Below are positions 28,775 to 38,042 of a stretch of DNA of 64,000 nt, in pieces. Made by a program: the position numbers and the translations under genes. The stretch's first letter is position 1; each line of letters starts with the position of its first letter. Below the pieces are notes generated by a model. It searched no databases. It saw only the letters and a program-made list of their open reading frames with translations, and was not told the DNA's origin. The stretch covers positions 161,528 to 225,527 of the forward strand of contig JACAEL010000014.1 in NCBI GenBank assembly GCA_013388835.1, in the 5' to 3' direction. The stretch comes from Candidatus Thorarchaeota archaeon. Lineage in GTDB: Archaea > Asgardarchaeota > Thorarchaeia > Thorarchaeales > Thorarchaeaceae.

Positions 28775-30320
28775 TGTGCCTTCCCGTCTGGATAGGTCTC
28801 TCAGTAGTTTGGCGACGAGTCTTAGGACTTGGGTTGTCATGCATCCCGTCGAGTTAGTGGTCTTTGTGGGGAGTCTGCTTGTGTGGCTGATGGTACTTGG
28901 AAAAGCCATGGCATTGTTTAACGGCGATGCGCCATACCGTGGCGCTTGGAATGGTATGCTCTACTTGGCTCTTCCGGGTTTCACAGTTGCGTTCAACCTT
29001 GAGGGATGGGCCGACTATGATTACTATTACAATACGTGGGGTCACCAACTGCTGTCTGGCTACCTACCTTATACTGCTGAATTTGAGCATCCCACGACGC
29101 ACGGCACGGAGTATTATGCTCCATACTACTTTCCTCCACTCTTCGTCTATTTGTGTGGTCTTGGTCAGCTGCTGCCATTTGGCCCGTTCGGAATCGCCAT
29201 ACTACTAACAGCGTTTGGTTACATGACTGCTCTGCCGCTCTATGGTATTGCGCGCGAGCTCTCAGGGAGTGAAATGGTTGGGTTGTGTGTGGCGGCCACT
29301 TACCTGTTCAATCCATTGGTCCTGTTCTACACCGCATTCCAGTGGTTGAATCCCGCACCGTTCGTCTTCTTCTCTACGCTGTCGTTTTACCTAGTTGTGA
29401 AGGGGCGGACTGCTTCGGCAGTAGTGAGCATGGTATTTGGAGTGTTCTTCAAGCAGATCTGTCTCTTTCTCTCCTTACCATTGATTGCCTATGTCCTGAA
29501 GAAAAGCTATCTATCCTCCAAGAGGACTCCCGACAGGCATGGTACCATCGTCATCAGTACGTTGAAGGGCCTTGTCAGACATGCCATGGTGGCAGTGCTG
29601 ACCGCTATTGCTCTCTCTCTGCCATATGTGTACGACCTGCCGCACTACTTCTACTCCCTGTTTCAGCGTCTGAGTCCCTTGCATCTGAACAGCCTATCAA
29701 GTCCGCCACCATATGACCACCCGCTCACAGTGGTTGTGCCGTTCATCACTGTTGGGGCTCCGCTCTGGTTGAACCAGCTGCTCAACGCCCTCAGTGAGAC
29801 CTCAGCTGGACTTGTCGGTGGGAGTGTCCTGTTCTTCACATTGATGCTTAGTGAGACCCCGGACCAGAACGCAGACCACGGATACTGGCGAACGGTGCTT
29901 TACCTGACCTTACTTCTGTTTCTGTGGGTCCACTTGTTCGCGCCAAGGGGCGTCTACAAGTACTACTTCGTAGGAATCATGCCTCTCGTCTCTCTACTTT
30001 CAGCACCGAGTATGTGCAAACGTGGTTCCATCTCCATTAGACCATCGCCAGCTATGGTCCTCGGGCCTGTCACACTGAGTCTGCTTATTCTACTGCCCGA
30101 CCGGAACATCTACCTCGCATTCGTCGTCGTCATATTACTGCTATTCGCTGCAGGTCCGAGAGTGGAACACCTCTTCGACTTTGGCCCAGCGTCATCACAG
30201 AGCAACCTGCTGTCATCGCGTGGGACCGGCATTAGGCCAAAGTCTGACTCTTCGCCCTCTCCGCCTTCTTCTTCTCAATGGTCTTTGTCAGGCTGGCCAT
30301 CTTCTCATCGAGCTTCTTGA
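28758..30320 (+). CDS. polytopic membrane protein, GT-C-like glycosyltransferase candidate, paralogue 2
   Basis: ATG at 28758 (MTYAHS) overlaps paralogue 1 by 17 nt. It has GWADYDYYYNTWGHQLLSGYLPY, YLFNPLVLFYTAFQWLNPAPF, FFKQICLFLSLPLIAYVL and PRGVYKYYF, parallel to paralogue 1. Confidence 0.5.
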   Translation: MTYAHSVPSRLDRSLSSLATSLRTWVVMHPVELVVFVGSLLVWLMVLGKAMALFNGDAPYRGAWNGMLYLALPGFTVAFNLEGWADYDYYYNTWGHQLLSGYLPYTAEFEHPTTHGTEYYAPYYFPPLFVYLCGLGQLLPFGPFGIAILLTAFGYMTALPLYGIARELSGSEMVGLCVAATYLFNPLVLFYTAFQWLNPAPFVFFSTLSFYLVVKGRTASAVVSMVFGVFFKQICLFLSLPLIAYVLKKSYLSSKRTPDRHGTIVISTLKGLVRHAMVAVLTAIALSLPYVYDLPHYFYSLFQRLSPLHLNSLSSPPPYDHPLTVVVPFITVGAPLWLNQLLNALSETSAGLVGGSVLFFTLMLSETPDQNADHGYWRTVLYLTLLLFLWVHLFAPRGVYKYYFVGIMPLVSLLSAPSMCKRGSISIRPSPAMVLGPVTLSLLILLPDRNIYLAFVVVILLLFAAGPRVEHLFDFGPASSQSNLLSSRGTGIRPKSDSSPSPPSSSQWSLSGWPSSHRAS

Positions 30321-31419
30321 TCTGCTCCTCGTAGGTCTCCTGTGACATGGTCCCTGACGCGCGTTTCTTTTCAACATGGTCCCTCAGTTGCTGAACTGAA
30401 GAGATCTCCTTTTCGAGACCCTGTATCTCAGCACTTAATGCGGCGACTCTGTCCTCTTCTTCCGTCCGGAACTGCTTCGCTGGGACCATCAGTCCCAGCT
30501 GCTGTTGTGTCTTCTCTGCAAACTCTTGGAACTGGCTCCTCAATGCTTCAATCCGTTCACCGGATGACTCGATCTTCTTGGTGAGCTTTTCTATGTCCTT
30601 CTGCAGGTCAAAGACCGCATTGACGAGCCTCTTCAGAGTAAAGTCGATGTCGGCTGGAACCGTCGTCCGTTGCTCTACAGCCGCGACGGTTCCCGGAGTG
30701 GTCTTCCCCTCTTGTGCTGCTGCAACCTCACTGGGCTTCACAGAACGCGTTATTGCCGCCAGCCAGCGGAATGCATTGACCGCAAAGACTCTGTTGTCGT
30801 CTTTCTTCAGTCCTCCTCCCCTTCGAAAAACCTCGTAGCTGCCAATGCACATGACTCTCCCCTTGCCATGTTCTGCTATAGCTATTATTGGTGCGGCTGG
30901 TGGCTCGGCCTGAGATGAGGTTGATGCAATAGTCATTGCTCCCCCGCTGACTCTGAGCGTGCATGCGGCCGGTACTAGCAGTTCGCTGATGTTCTCGGTC
31001 ACCACATGACCAACTATGTTCGTGATGATGGGCATCGTAGGCATTCCATCATTATTCCTCTCGTCCTTGACTGCCGTGTTTTCGAACTCTATTCCGAATG
31101 TCTTCGAGAGCTGACTCATGTTGTTCATGAGCCCTCTATCGCCTCCGGAGAGTGACAGCAGCATCAGTCCTCCACCATCAAGGACATACTTCCTGAGCGC
31201 GTCCATCTCTGCTGGTCTCAGTTTTGAGCTGTTAGGACAGGCTAGCACGAACACGTCTGAACCCGCAAGTGTCTTGGGCAGAATCATAAAGTCCGTGTAT
31301 GGCTCCACATCGAAGTCATTGTCACGAAGGACCTGTGCAAGCTGCGAGTATGTGGAGTCAATCCTCCCACGGTCGTTCTGCGTCTGATCGAACAGGACTT
31401 TCTTTCTGCCAGCGCTCAA
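30232..31419 (-). CDS. GIFT-domain (GldG/IFT52 N-terminal-like, DUF4350) protein with long C-terminal coiled coil
   Basis: 395 aa with no TM segment. The N-terminal region is VLFDQTQNDRGRIDSTYSQLAQVLRDNDFDVEP...DVFVLACPNSSKLRPAEMDALRKYVLDGGGLMLLSLSGGD...LSKTFGIEFENTAVKDE. The C-terminal ~120 aa are heptad-rich. Confidence 0.55.
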   Translation of the reverse strand: MSAGRKKVLFDQTQNDRGRIDSTYSQLAQVLRDNDFDVEPYTDFMILPKTLAGSDVFVLACPNSSKLRPAEMDALRKYVLDGGGLMLLSLSGGDRGLMNNMSQLSKTFGIEFENTAVKDERNNDGMPTMPIITNIVGHVVTENISELLVPAACTLRVSGGAMTIASTSSQAEPPAAPIIAIAEHGKGRVMCIGSYEVFRRGGGLKKDDNRVFAVNAFRWLAAITRSVKPSEVAAAQEGKTTPGTVAAVEQRTTVPADIDFTLKRLVNAVFDLQKDIEKLTKKIESSGERIEALRSQFQEFAEKTQQQLGLMVPAKQFRTEEEDRVAALSAEIQGLEKEISSVQQLRDHVEKKRASGTMSQETYEEQIKKLDEKMASLTKTIEKKKAERAKSQTLA

Positions 31420-31526
31420 CTATACCACCTGTTTCAACTCATGTGAAGGTCTCTGAAGGCCCACTAATGAGACTTCCGTACTCGTCTGACCAAGCTTTTA
31501 TCATTCGGAACGATATAAGGTGTCAT

Positions 31527-31955
31527 ATGACACACACTGATGACTGCATATTCTGCAAGATTGTGAAACGACAGATTCCTGCATCAGTAGTCTTTGAAGA
31601 CGAGCACTGCATGGCGTTCATGGATATCTATCCGGTCAGCAGAGGCCACTGTCTGCTGATACCGAAGAAGCACTTTGTGAACCTGCTGGATGTAGACCTC
31701 GATGTTGTTGCGCACATGGCAAGGAGGCTCTGCGAACTGACTCGGAGAGTGAAAGCCGTTCTGTCCCCCGATGGTGTGCTCAGTGCAGTGGCAAATGGAG
31801 AAGGGGCTGGTCAGGAGGTCCCCCATCTTCACTTCCACGTGATACCCCGAAGTAAGGGTGACCCATTTGGGTTCCGTTTTCCTCCCAACTACCGTGAGAA
31901 GATGGCTGACAGGAGCGAGCTTGACAAGCTGGCCAAGGCTATCCGCGGCGTGTGA
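31527..31955 (+). CDS. HIT family hydrolase
   Basis: CIFCKIV..., VSRGHCLLIPKKH, and the histidine triad HLHFHVIPR. ATG at 31527 lies inside the longer ORF 31299-31955. Confidence 0.9.
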   Translation: MTHTDDCIFCKIVKRQIPASVVFEDEHCMAFMDIYPVSRGHCLLIPKKHFVNLLDVDLDVVAHMARRLCELTRRVKAVLSPDGVLSAVANGEGAGQEVPHLHFHVIPRSKGDPFGFRFPPNYREKMADRSELDKLAKAIRGV

Positions 31956-31961
31956 CTCTTC

Positions 31962-32450
31962 CTAGCGCCGCTTCAGGTCAAGGAGATTCAGTCCCGTGAC
32001 TTCATCTCTGGTGCGTACCAGCGGGTCCTGAAGTTCTGTCATGAAGAGCTCGGCAGTGACTGACACCTCGCAGCCTTGTAGTACATGTCCGCCCGTGCAT
32101 GACCCCAGCCCATCTGCCACCACTGCGTGAGCATGGACTATGACCTCCCCGTCTTCAAGCCGCGCTATGTTGCCAGTACATGAGGCCACCTCCAAGTCGC
32201 GTTCAATGTGAATCTCCGTGTACTGCTTGCCGTGCACATCGAAGTAGCCCAGTCTGGCCTTTCGAATCGCTCCTATGAGCATGAAGTACGCGGCCTTGAC
32301 ATCGTGTCTGCGTGCCACTTCCGCAATCGAGTTGAGAATGTCCTCCCCCGCCGAGAGCCTGCATACAAGTACTCTTGCGGGCTTGGATGCGGTTGCTTCT
32401 ACCATATGCCACCTTGACGCGAGTCTTCTAATGAATCTCACGCTCACCAC
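31962..32450 (-). CDS. PPC (DUF296) domain protein
   Basis: ARVLVCRLSAGEDILNSIAEVARRHDVKAAYFMLIGAIRKARLGYFD... and HAHAVVAD fit the PD1-like/PPC fold. The start may be ATG at 32405. Confidence 0.7.
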   Translation of the reverse strand: MVSVRFIRRLASRWHMVEATASKPARVLVCRLSAGEDILNSIAEVARRHDVKAAYFMLIGAIRKARLGYFDVHGKQYTEIHIERDLEVASCTGNIARLEDGEVIVHAHAVVADGLGSCTGGHVLQGCEVSVTAELFMTELQDPLVRTRDEVTGLNLLDLKRR

Positions 32451-32593
32451 TCGCTTTGGAAGGGCTTATCAGCCAGCCTTTGCCCACGATAGCTCGAGTG
32501 CAACTCGTGTACGAAGAGAGAGACGCCTCGGAAGAGAAACAGGGTTGTCTGGATGACTTCATTGACTGTGAGAGCACAGACGAAGGGAGAGAG

Positions 32594-35311
32594 ATGACAT
32601 CCTCGGGGCACCGGAGTACCCCTGCTAGCAAGGCTACTCGGTCGACGACTGATACGAACACTGACTATGTTCCCGATGATACTGGAGATGCAACTGATGT
32701 CGAGGAAGAAGAGGTCAGCACTGCTGAGCCTGAGGAAGTTGCAGCCGAGTTCATCATTGGTCCTCGGGACACTCCCGACAATCTGCCCGCTTCGTTCCTG
32801 CTCTCAGTTGACTACGACGGCCCGCGGAACAAGGCCATTGCCCGCCTCTACAGACCTGACACGAAGGAGGTGTTCTTCTGGTTCGACAATACCGGTCATC
32901 AACCATACTGCTACACGGACCTCTCAATCCAACAGGTCGAGGCCAAGATCAAGCGCAATCCGGGTTTTGTGAAGGCTGAGTCAGTACAGCTTAAGGACTT
33001 GCTTCGCGACAGAGTCATCACAATGACCAAGGTCGTTGGTAACAACCCGCTAGCTATAGGAGGCGGGACCGGTGCCATCAGGGACCTGCTTACCGACCCT
33101 GTCAGTGGGGCCAACAAGGCATGGGAAGCGAACATCCGCTATCGGAACTGCTACACCTACGACAGGGGTATCGTCGCAGGGATGATGTACAGCATCAAGG
33201 ATGGTGTCCTGACCCCAGCACCCCCGGTCATCGACCAGAAAACAATGGATGCACTCATGGAGACCGTCAAGGCTGAGAAGGGACTTGAGAGGATAGTCCA
33301 GACATACGCTCCCTTGTTCTTTGCAGAGGTTCCACACATCAAGAGGCTCGCAGTGGACATCGAGGTCTACTCTCCCCAGGTGAATCGTATTCCTGACCCG
33401 AACGTCGCTCAGAACGAGGTCACTGCCATCGGGCTCAGCGACAACGAAGGGCTCAACAAATGCCTAGTATTGAAGCGCAAGGGGGTCCCATGGGGCGAGA
33501 AGTCTGCAGGATTTCCCGCCGAGCTTGAAGTGGTGGCCTTCGATAGCGAGCGCGAGATGATTCTTGAGGCCTTCAGCATAATTGACAAGTACCCAGTAGT
33601 AATCACGTTCGTTGGCGACTCGTTCGACTTCAACTACCTGTATAATCGTGCCAAACGACTGAAGATTGACATAAAGACCCAGTGTCCCATATACCTAGGT
33701 AAGGATGTCGCTCTGCTGCGAAGGGGCGTCCACGTCGACCTCTACCGCTTCCTGAAGAACCCATCAATACGCCTCTATGCGCTGTCCGGAGCATATGAAC
33801 AGACCAACTTGGACTCTATAGCGAAGGGTCTCCTGAAGGTCGGGAAACTGAAGATCAGCTCTGAGATATCACTGATACATCTCTATGAGCTCGCGCACTA
33901 TTGTTGGCAGGACGCGAGCATCACCCTTCAGATAACGACGTACAAGAATGAACTGCTCTTCAGACTCATTGTTCTTCTGATGCGTATCTCAAGGCTCTCG
34001 ATGGAAGATGTCACGAGGCAGGGTATCTCCTCTTGGATTCAGTCGCTTTTCAGACAGGAGCACCGTTCGCGTGGCTGTCTGATCCCACGACAGGTCGACA
34101 TCGAGACCTTCAAGGCGTCTGAGGCCCAGACCGAGGCTACAATCAAGGACAAGCGGTTCAAGGGGGCAATCGTCATCGACCCCATCGCTGGTGTGCACTT
34201 CAATGCGACCGTGCTCGACTTTGCGAGTCTGTATCCGACCATAATGAAGCGTCACAACATCAGTTATGAGACCGTTGACTGTCCTCATGAAGAGTGTAAG
34301 GCCGCCACTGACAACCGTGTTCCTGAGACCGACCACTGGACCTGCAAGAAGAACAGAGGCATGATCAGCCAGACGATTGGCTTCTTCCGTGACATCCGAG
34401 TGGACTGGTTCAAGGCCAAGAGCAAGGACAAGTCACTCGATACCAAGACCCGTGACTGGTATTCCGTGGTGGAGAGGGCTCTGAAGGTGTTTGTCAACGC
34501 CTCATATGGCGTCACAGGCGCACAGCACTTTGAGCTCTTCTGTATGCCTGCGGCCGAGAGTGTCACTGCATTTGGTCGCGACGCCATAATGAAGGCGAAG
34601 CGAAAGGCAGAGTCAATGGGCATCCGCGTGCTGTATGGGGACACCGACTCTGTGTTCTTGGACAGTCCTACTCCTGAGCAGCAGAGCGAGTTGGTCCGCT
34701 GGTCTGCAGAGGAGCTCGGAATTGACTTGGAGGTAGACAAGACCTACAAGTATGTGGCTCTCTCAGAGCGAAAGAAGAACTACATCGGTGTATATGGTTC
34801 GGGGCAGGTGGAGGTCAAGGGTCTTAGCGGCAAGAAACGCAACACTCCTGACTTTGTCCAGGCCGCGTTCAAGGAGATGCTTCAGGTCCTCAGCCGAGTG
34901 GACAGCATTGAAGGCTTCGAAACGGCCAAAGGCCAGATTCGAGGGATAGTGAATACAGTCCTCGACCGTCTTGAGGGAAAGAGAGAGCCCTACTCGCCAG
35001 AGGAGCTTGCCTATCGGGTGCAGATGACAAAAGACCTCAGGTCGTACGGCCAGAGCAAACCACAGCATGTACGTGCCGCGGAGATGCTTGAAGCCAAGGG
35101 CTTCGACATTCAGGCAGGCACGCTTATCGAGTACATCAAGACGAAGGGTGATGGTGTGTTACCCGTCCAGCTAGCGCGGGACACGACCTACTGGATTGAC
35201 AAGGACAAGTATCTCGACACGCTAAGGTCCGTGTTCGAGCAGGTCTTGGACTCGGTAGGTATCGACTTCGATGAGCTGCTTGGTTTTACAACACTGGACC
35301 AGTTCTTCTGA
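32594..35311 (+). CDS. polB: family B DNA polymerase
   Basis: Exo motifs are VDIEVY and FVGDSFDFNYL; polymerase motifs are LDFASLYPTIM, KVFVNASYGV and VLYGDTDSVF. The ORF track opens at a TTG (32456), so ATG at 32594 is preferred. An acidic low-complexity N-terminal extension of about 60 aa precedes the conserved core. Confidence 0.9.
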   Translation: MTSSGHRSTPASKATRSTTDTNTDYVPDDTGDATDVEEEEVSTAEPEEVAAEFIIGPRDTPDNLPASFLLSVDYDGPRNKAIARLYRPDTKEVFFWFDNTGHQPYCYTDLSIQQVEAKIKRNPGFVKAESVQLKDLLRDRVITMTKVVGNNPLAIGGGTGAIRDLLTDPVSGANKAWEANIRYRNCYTYDRGIVAGMMYSIKDGVLTPAPPVIDQKTMDALMETVKAEKGLERIVQTYAPLFFAEVPHIKRLAVDIEVYSPQVNRIPDPNVAQNEVTAIGLSDNEGLNKCLVLKRKGVPWGEKSAGFPAELEVVAFDSEREMILEAFSIIDKYPVVITFVGDSFDFNYLYNRAKRLKIDIKTQCPIYLGKDVALLRRGVHVDLYRFLKNPSIRLYALSGAYEQTNLDSIAKGLLKVGKLKISSEISLIHLYELAHYCWQDASITLQITTYKNELLFRLIVLLMRISRLSMEDVTRQGISSWIQSLFRQEHRSRGCLIPRQVDIETFKASEAQTEATIKDKRFKGAIVIDPIAGVHFNATVLDFASLYPTIMKRHNISYETVDCPHEECKAATDNRVPETDHWTCKKNRGMISQTIGFFRDIRVDWFKAKSKDKSLDTKTRDWYSVVERALKVFVNASYGVTGAQHFELFCMPAAESVTAFGRDAIMKAKRKAESMGIRVLYGDTDSVFLDSPTPEQQSELVRWSAEELGIDLEVDKTYKYVALSERKKNYIGVYGSGQVEVKGLSGKKRNTPDFVQAAFKEMLQVLSRVDSIEGFETAKGQIRGIVNTVLDRLEGKREPYSPEELAYRVQMTKDLRSYGQSKPQHVRAAEMLEAKGFDIQAGTLIEYIKTKGDGVLPVQLARDTTYWIDKDKYLDTLRSVFEQVLDSVGIDFDELLGFTTLDQFF

Positions 35312-35413
35312 GTGTGTCTGCAGAGTCCGGTCAAGAAACTCTTTTATCGGACGTGATAGAGAATCCCCAATACAGCTCTAGTCTGCACGTTCTGCTCCGA
35401 TGGGGACAAAGAC

Positions 35414-36448
35414 ATGAAAGTCAATCTCAGAGAAATCTTCATGAAGAAGGTACTCGTTCTACTCCAGCCTGAGGACGTGGGGATGTCTGCCAAGGACTTC
35501 CTCTCCCAGTATGGATCGTACCTCACCGATGTTGGTATGGTGGCCAAGAGAACTAGTGGTCAGACGGTCTATCAGAGCAAGACTGCTCCAGTCGACCCTA
35601 AACACACCCAGTTCTTTGAGGACTGGGTCAAGTTGGCGAATGCACTAAGCATCAACTCTGTGGCTGGAATGGACTTCTACACAGATGGTTGGTTTGCTCG
35701 TGACCCGAAGTATCAGACGATGACATCGAAGGGGAAGGCCATGACCCACCAGATATGCCCGAACCGAGAGGAGTTCTGGCAGTATGGTGCAGAGATAGTA
35801 CGAGAGCTGGGCTGCTACCCGATCAATGAGATATTCCTCTTTGGCATTGGCTTCATTGGCGACCACTTCTGTTTCTGTGAGCGGTGCAAGAAGGAGTTTG
35901 CCCCGAAGGTGAACCAAGAGCCCAAGAGGCTCACGTATGAGTACGTCTCCGAGAACCCCGAGTACCACACCATGTGGCACAGATGGCGTGCAGAAAAAGT
36001 GGCCCAAGGCCTTGCGTATCTGCGAGACGCCGCTCGGGACGCAGATGCAAAGGTTGGAAGAGCTGATCCGCTACGGCTCAGTGTGGAGGTTCTGATTGAC
36101 CCCATAACAGGTCTCTCTGAGGGCGCGAAGGACCAGTACGGATATGACTATACCAAGTTCGGAGAAGTCACAGGCAACATTCTAATCAACCTGTTTCCGT
36201 GGTCCCCGCTTCTTCCACGGAAGGGATCCAAGGAATACAACGACCTCGTCGAGTCGCTCTACTTCACTGGTGAGTTCAAGCGCCGTGGGGGCCGTGTGTC
36301 ACTGTTCCGATGGGGCGTCACAAGCACCGAGCAGATTGATGAGCTCCGAGCCCTTGCAAAGGACTGCAATATCGACCGAATCGTGACCACTCTTCAATAC
36401 CCGGGTGACTACTCCACAAGGCGCGAGAGTGCCATTGGAAGCTATTAG
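35414..36448 (+). CDS. hypothetical protein, possibly a glycoside-hydrolase-like TIM barrel
   Basis: 344 aa (alternative ATG at 35441). It has an alternating beta/alpha pattern and a CFCERCKKEF cysteine motif. The family assignment is a guess. Confidence 0.4.
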   Translation: MKVNLREIFMKKVLVLLQPEDVGMSAKDFLSQYGSYLTDVGMVAKRTSGQTVYQSKTAPVDPKHTQFFEDWVKLANALSINSVAGMDFYTDGWFARDPKYQTMTSKGKAMTHQICPNREEFWQYGAEIVRELGCYPINEIFLFGIGFIGDHFCFCERCKKEFAPKVNQEPKRLTYEYVSENPEYHTMWHRWRAEKVAQGLAYLRDAARDADAKVGRADPLRLSVEVLIDPITGLSEGAKDQYGYDYTKFGEVTGNILINLFPWSPLLPRKGSKEYNDLVESLYFTGEFKRRGGRVSLFRWGVTSTEQIDELRALAKDCNIDRIVTTLQYPGDYSTRRESAIGSY

Positions 36449-36460
36449 ACCAATGACCCA

Positions 36461-37336
36461 CTACTGAGGAGTACCGCAGTACGGGCATTTTGAAACGCCC
36501 GCTTCAATGGTCTTTCCGCATGAGAAGCAGAACACGGTGCTCCTCTTGTCTTGTCGCGTATCGTCAACAAAGGGGCTCAGCTCACCCTGCATGAACAAGG
36601 CGCCGAGTCCTTCATGAGGCTCTCTTGATGACAACTGACATGTGGTCTTACTCACATCTGAGTCTAGGCCACGTCGCGAGCCGTGTGCAGTTCCGTCAGG
36701 ACCGCTCTCAGGGACGGGTCTCTCATACGCGCCCACCCCCCGACGGAAACCATCTCTGTTCCTTGTGACGTCCCTGCTGCCAGCGTTGTCGCAGTCTCGT
36801 GTAGTGGACCGTGCCCTCACGGCATAGTCAAGGCTATCGAAGTCGCGACGATAGTCCTCAGTGCCGAAACCTGGGTCTGTGGCCGAACCACTGGCTATCC
36901 GTCCTCGTCCTCTGCCGTACGTCCACTGATCTGGCGCCTCCTCTATGCCCCTGGAGTGGCCCAAGAATCGGTGATGCGAGTCACTCTTCATTCGTTCATA
37001 GTCGGTGGGCGTCAGGCCAAGCATCTCCAGTGCGCGGTCTCTCTCCACGCATCTCTTACCCAATGGACAGCAGTATGCCAGACTGCCATGGCATAGAGCA
37101 GCCATTGCTCGTTCCTGCACGGACTTGTAGACCGGAGTGATCCTTCTCCTGCCGAGAACAAGAGTGTCCCCCTCAGCTCTCAACTCGGCATAGCCACTCT
37201 GAGCCAGAGCCTCGACCAACTCTCTTGCAGGATATGCGCGGCCTTCGATGACCACAAAGCCCTCTGTCCTATCAAGCTTCACTGGACGCTCGCCTGCCCT
37301 GTCGTCATAGTCATCGTTGTATCTCGTGATGGCCAC
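36461..37336 (-). CDS. hypothetical protein: folded N-domain with Cys cluster, Arg/Gly/Asp-rich disordered middle, C-terminal zinc ribbon
   Basis: 291 aa. It has CHGSLAYCCPLGKRC, then RG/RD-rich low complexity, and ends with CFSCGKTIEAGVSKCPYCGTPQ. Confidence 0.5.
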   Translation of the reverse strand: MAITRYNDDYDDRAGERPVKLDRTEGFVVIEGRAYPARELVEALAQSGYAELRAEGDTLVLGRRRITPVYKSVQERAMAALCHGSLAYCCPLGKRCVERDRALEMLGLTPTDYERMKSDSHHRFLGHSRGIEEAPDQWTYGRGRGRIASGSATDPGFGTEDYRRDFDSLDYAVRARSTTRDCDNAGSRDVTRNRDGFRRGVGAYERPVPESGPDGTAHGSRRGLDSDVSKTTCQLSSREPHEGLGALFMQGELSPFVDDTRQDKRSTVFCFSCGKTIEAGVSKCPYCGTPQ

Positions 37337-37482
37337 CTCTAGGCTGTTGGCATACTGCCATTATGTCTTCTCAATACAATCCCGTGTATTACGCAGGTAA
37401 TCCGCCATGCCAGAAACTATTTGTGGTGGGTATGAAGTGCACAATTCGAAACGGGGCCTCGAGTCCCGAGAAGGTGTGACTC

Positions 37483-37851
37483 ATGGGTACAAAGGCTGAA
37501 GGCGCCGCTCAGGGCTACACAGTCCTCGGTGCAATCGTGCTAATCATACTGGGCCTTAACATGACGATTCAGGGCCTAAATGCTGCAGCTGGTAGCGACT
37601 TTAATGGCGTAGTGACAGCTGTACTGGGAATTGTGCTGATTGTTATGGCTGTCTTATCATTGGATGCCTGTGGATTCATCTACTGGAAGATAAGACGCAA
37701 CGGTCTTCTCCTTGCCATCTTCGGCTTCATATCAATCGTCATAGTCATACGTGGGCTTAGCTTTGACATCATCGGCTGGTTGATGAATGTGGGCACGCTC
37801 GCGGGACTGATGATAATGATTGCAGGCATTCTCATTATGACGAAGGGCTGA
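37483..37851 (+). CDS. small integral membrane protein (4 predicted TM)
   Basis: 122 aa, strongly hydrophobic. No family was recognised. Confidence 0.55.
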   Translation: MGTKAEGAAQGYTVLGAIVLIILGLNMTIQGLNAAAGSDFNGVVTAVLGIVLIVMAVLSLDACGFIYWKIRRNGLLLAIFGFISIVIVIRGLSFDIIGWLMNVGTLAGLMIMIAGILIMTKG

Positions 37852-38042
37852 ACTGCGCTTCTGTCATGTCTTGCTAGTGCTGATTCGTCAAGTCTCTATG
37901 AGTGTGTGGGACGCCTGGAGCGGAGTCCTCCCTCCAGCGTCCTGCAGGCTGCTTTGCCAACTGCTCCTCGTTCCTTTGAGATTTGGTTCCATCGCAGATT
38001 ATATAATGTGCATTCAGTTCAGGGCGGCTCGCCGAGTATGGG

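Noticed and set aside
32456-32593. A TTG-initiated 46-codon N-terminal extension of PolB
   Set aside because: It has a non-ATG start, and its translation is not polymerase-like and sits immediately next to the divergent PPC gene. ATG at 32594 is more plausible. The acidic segment after 32594 was kept as part of the protein.
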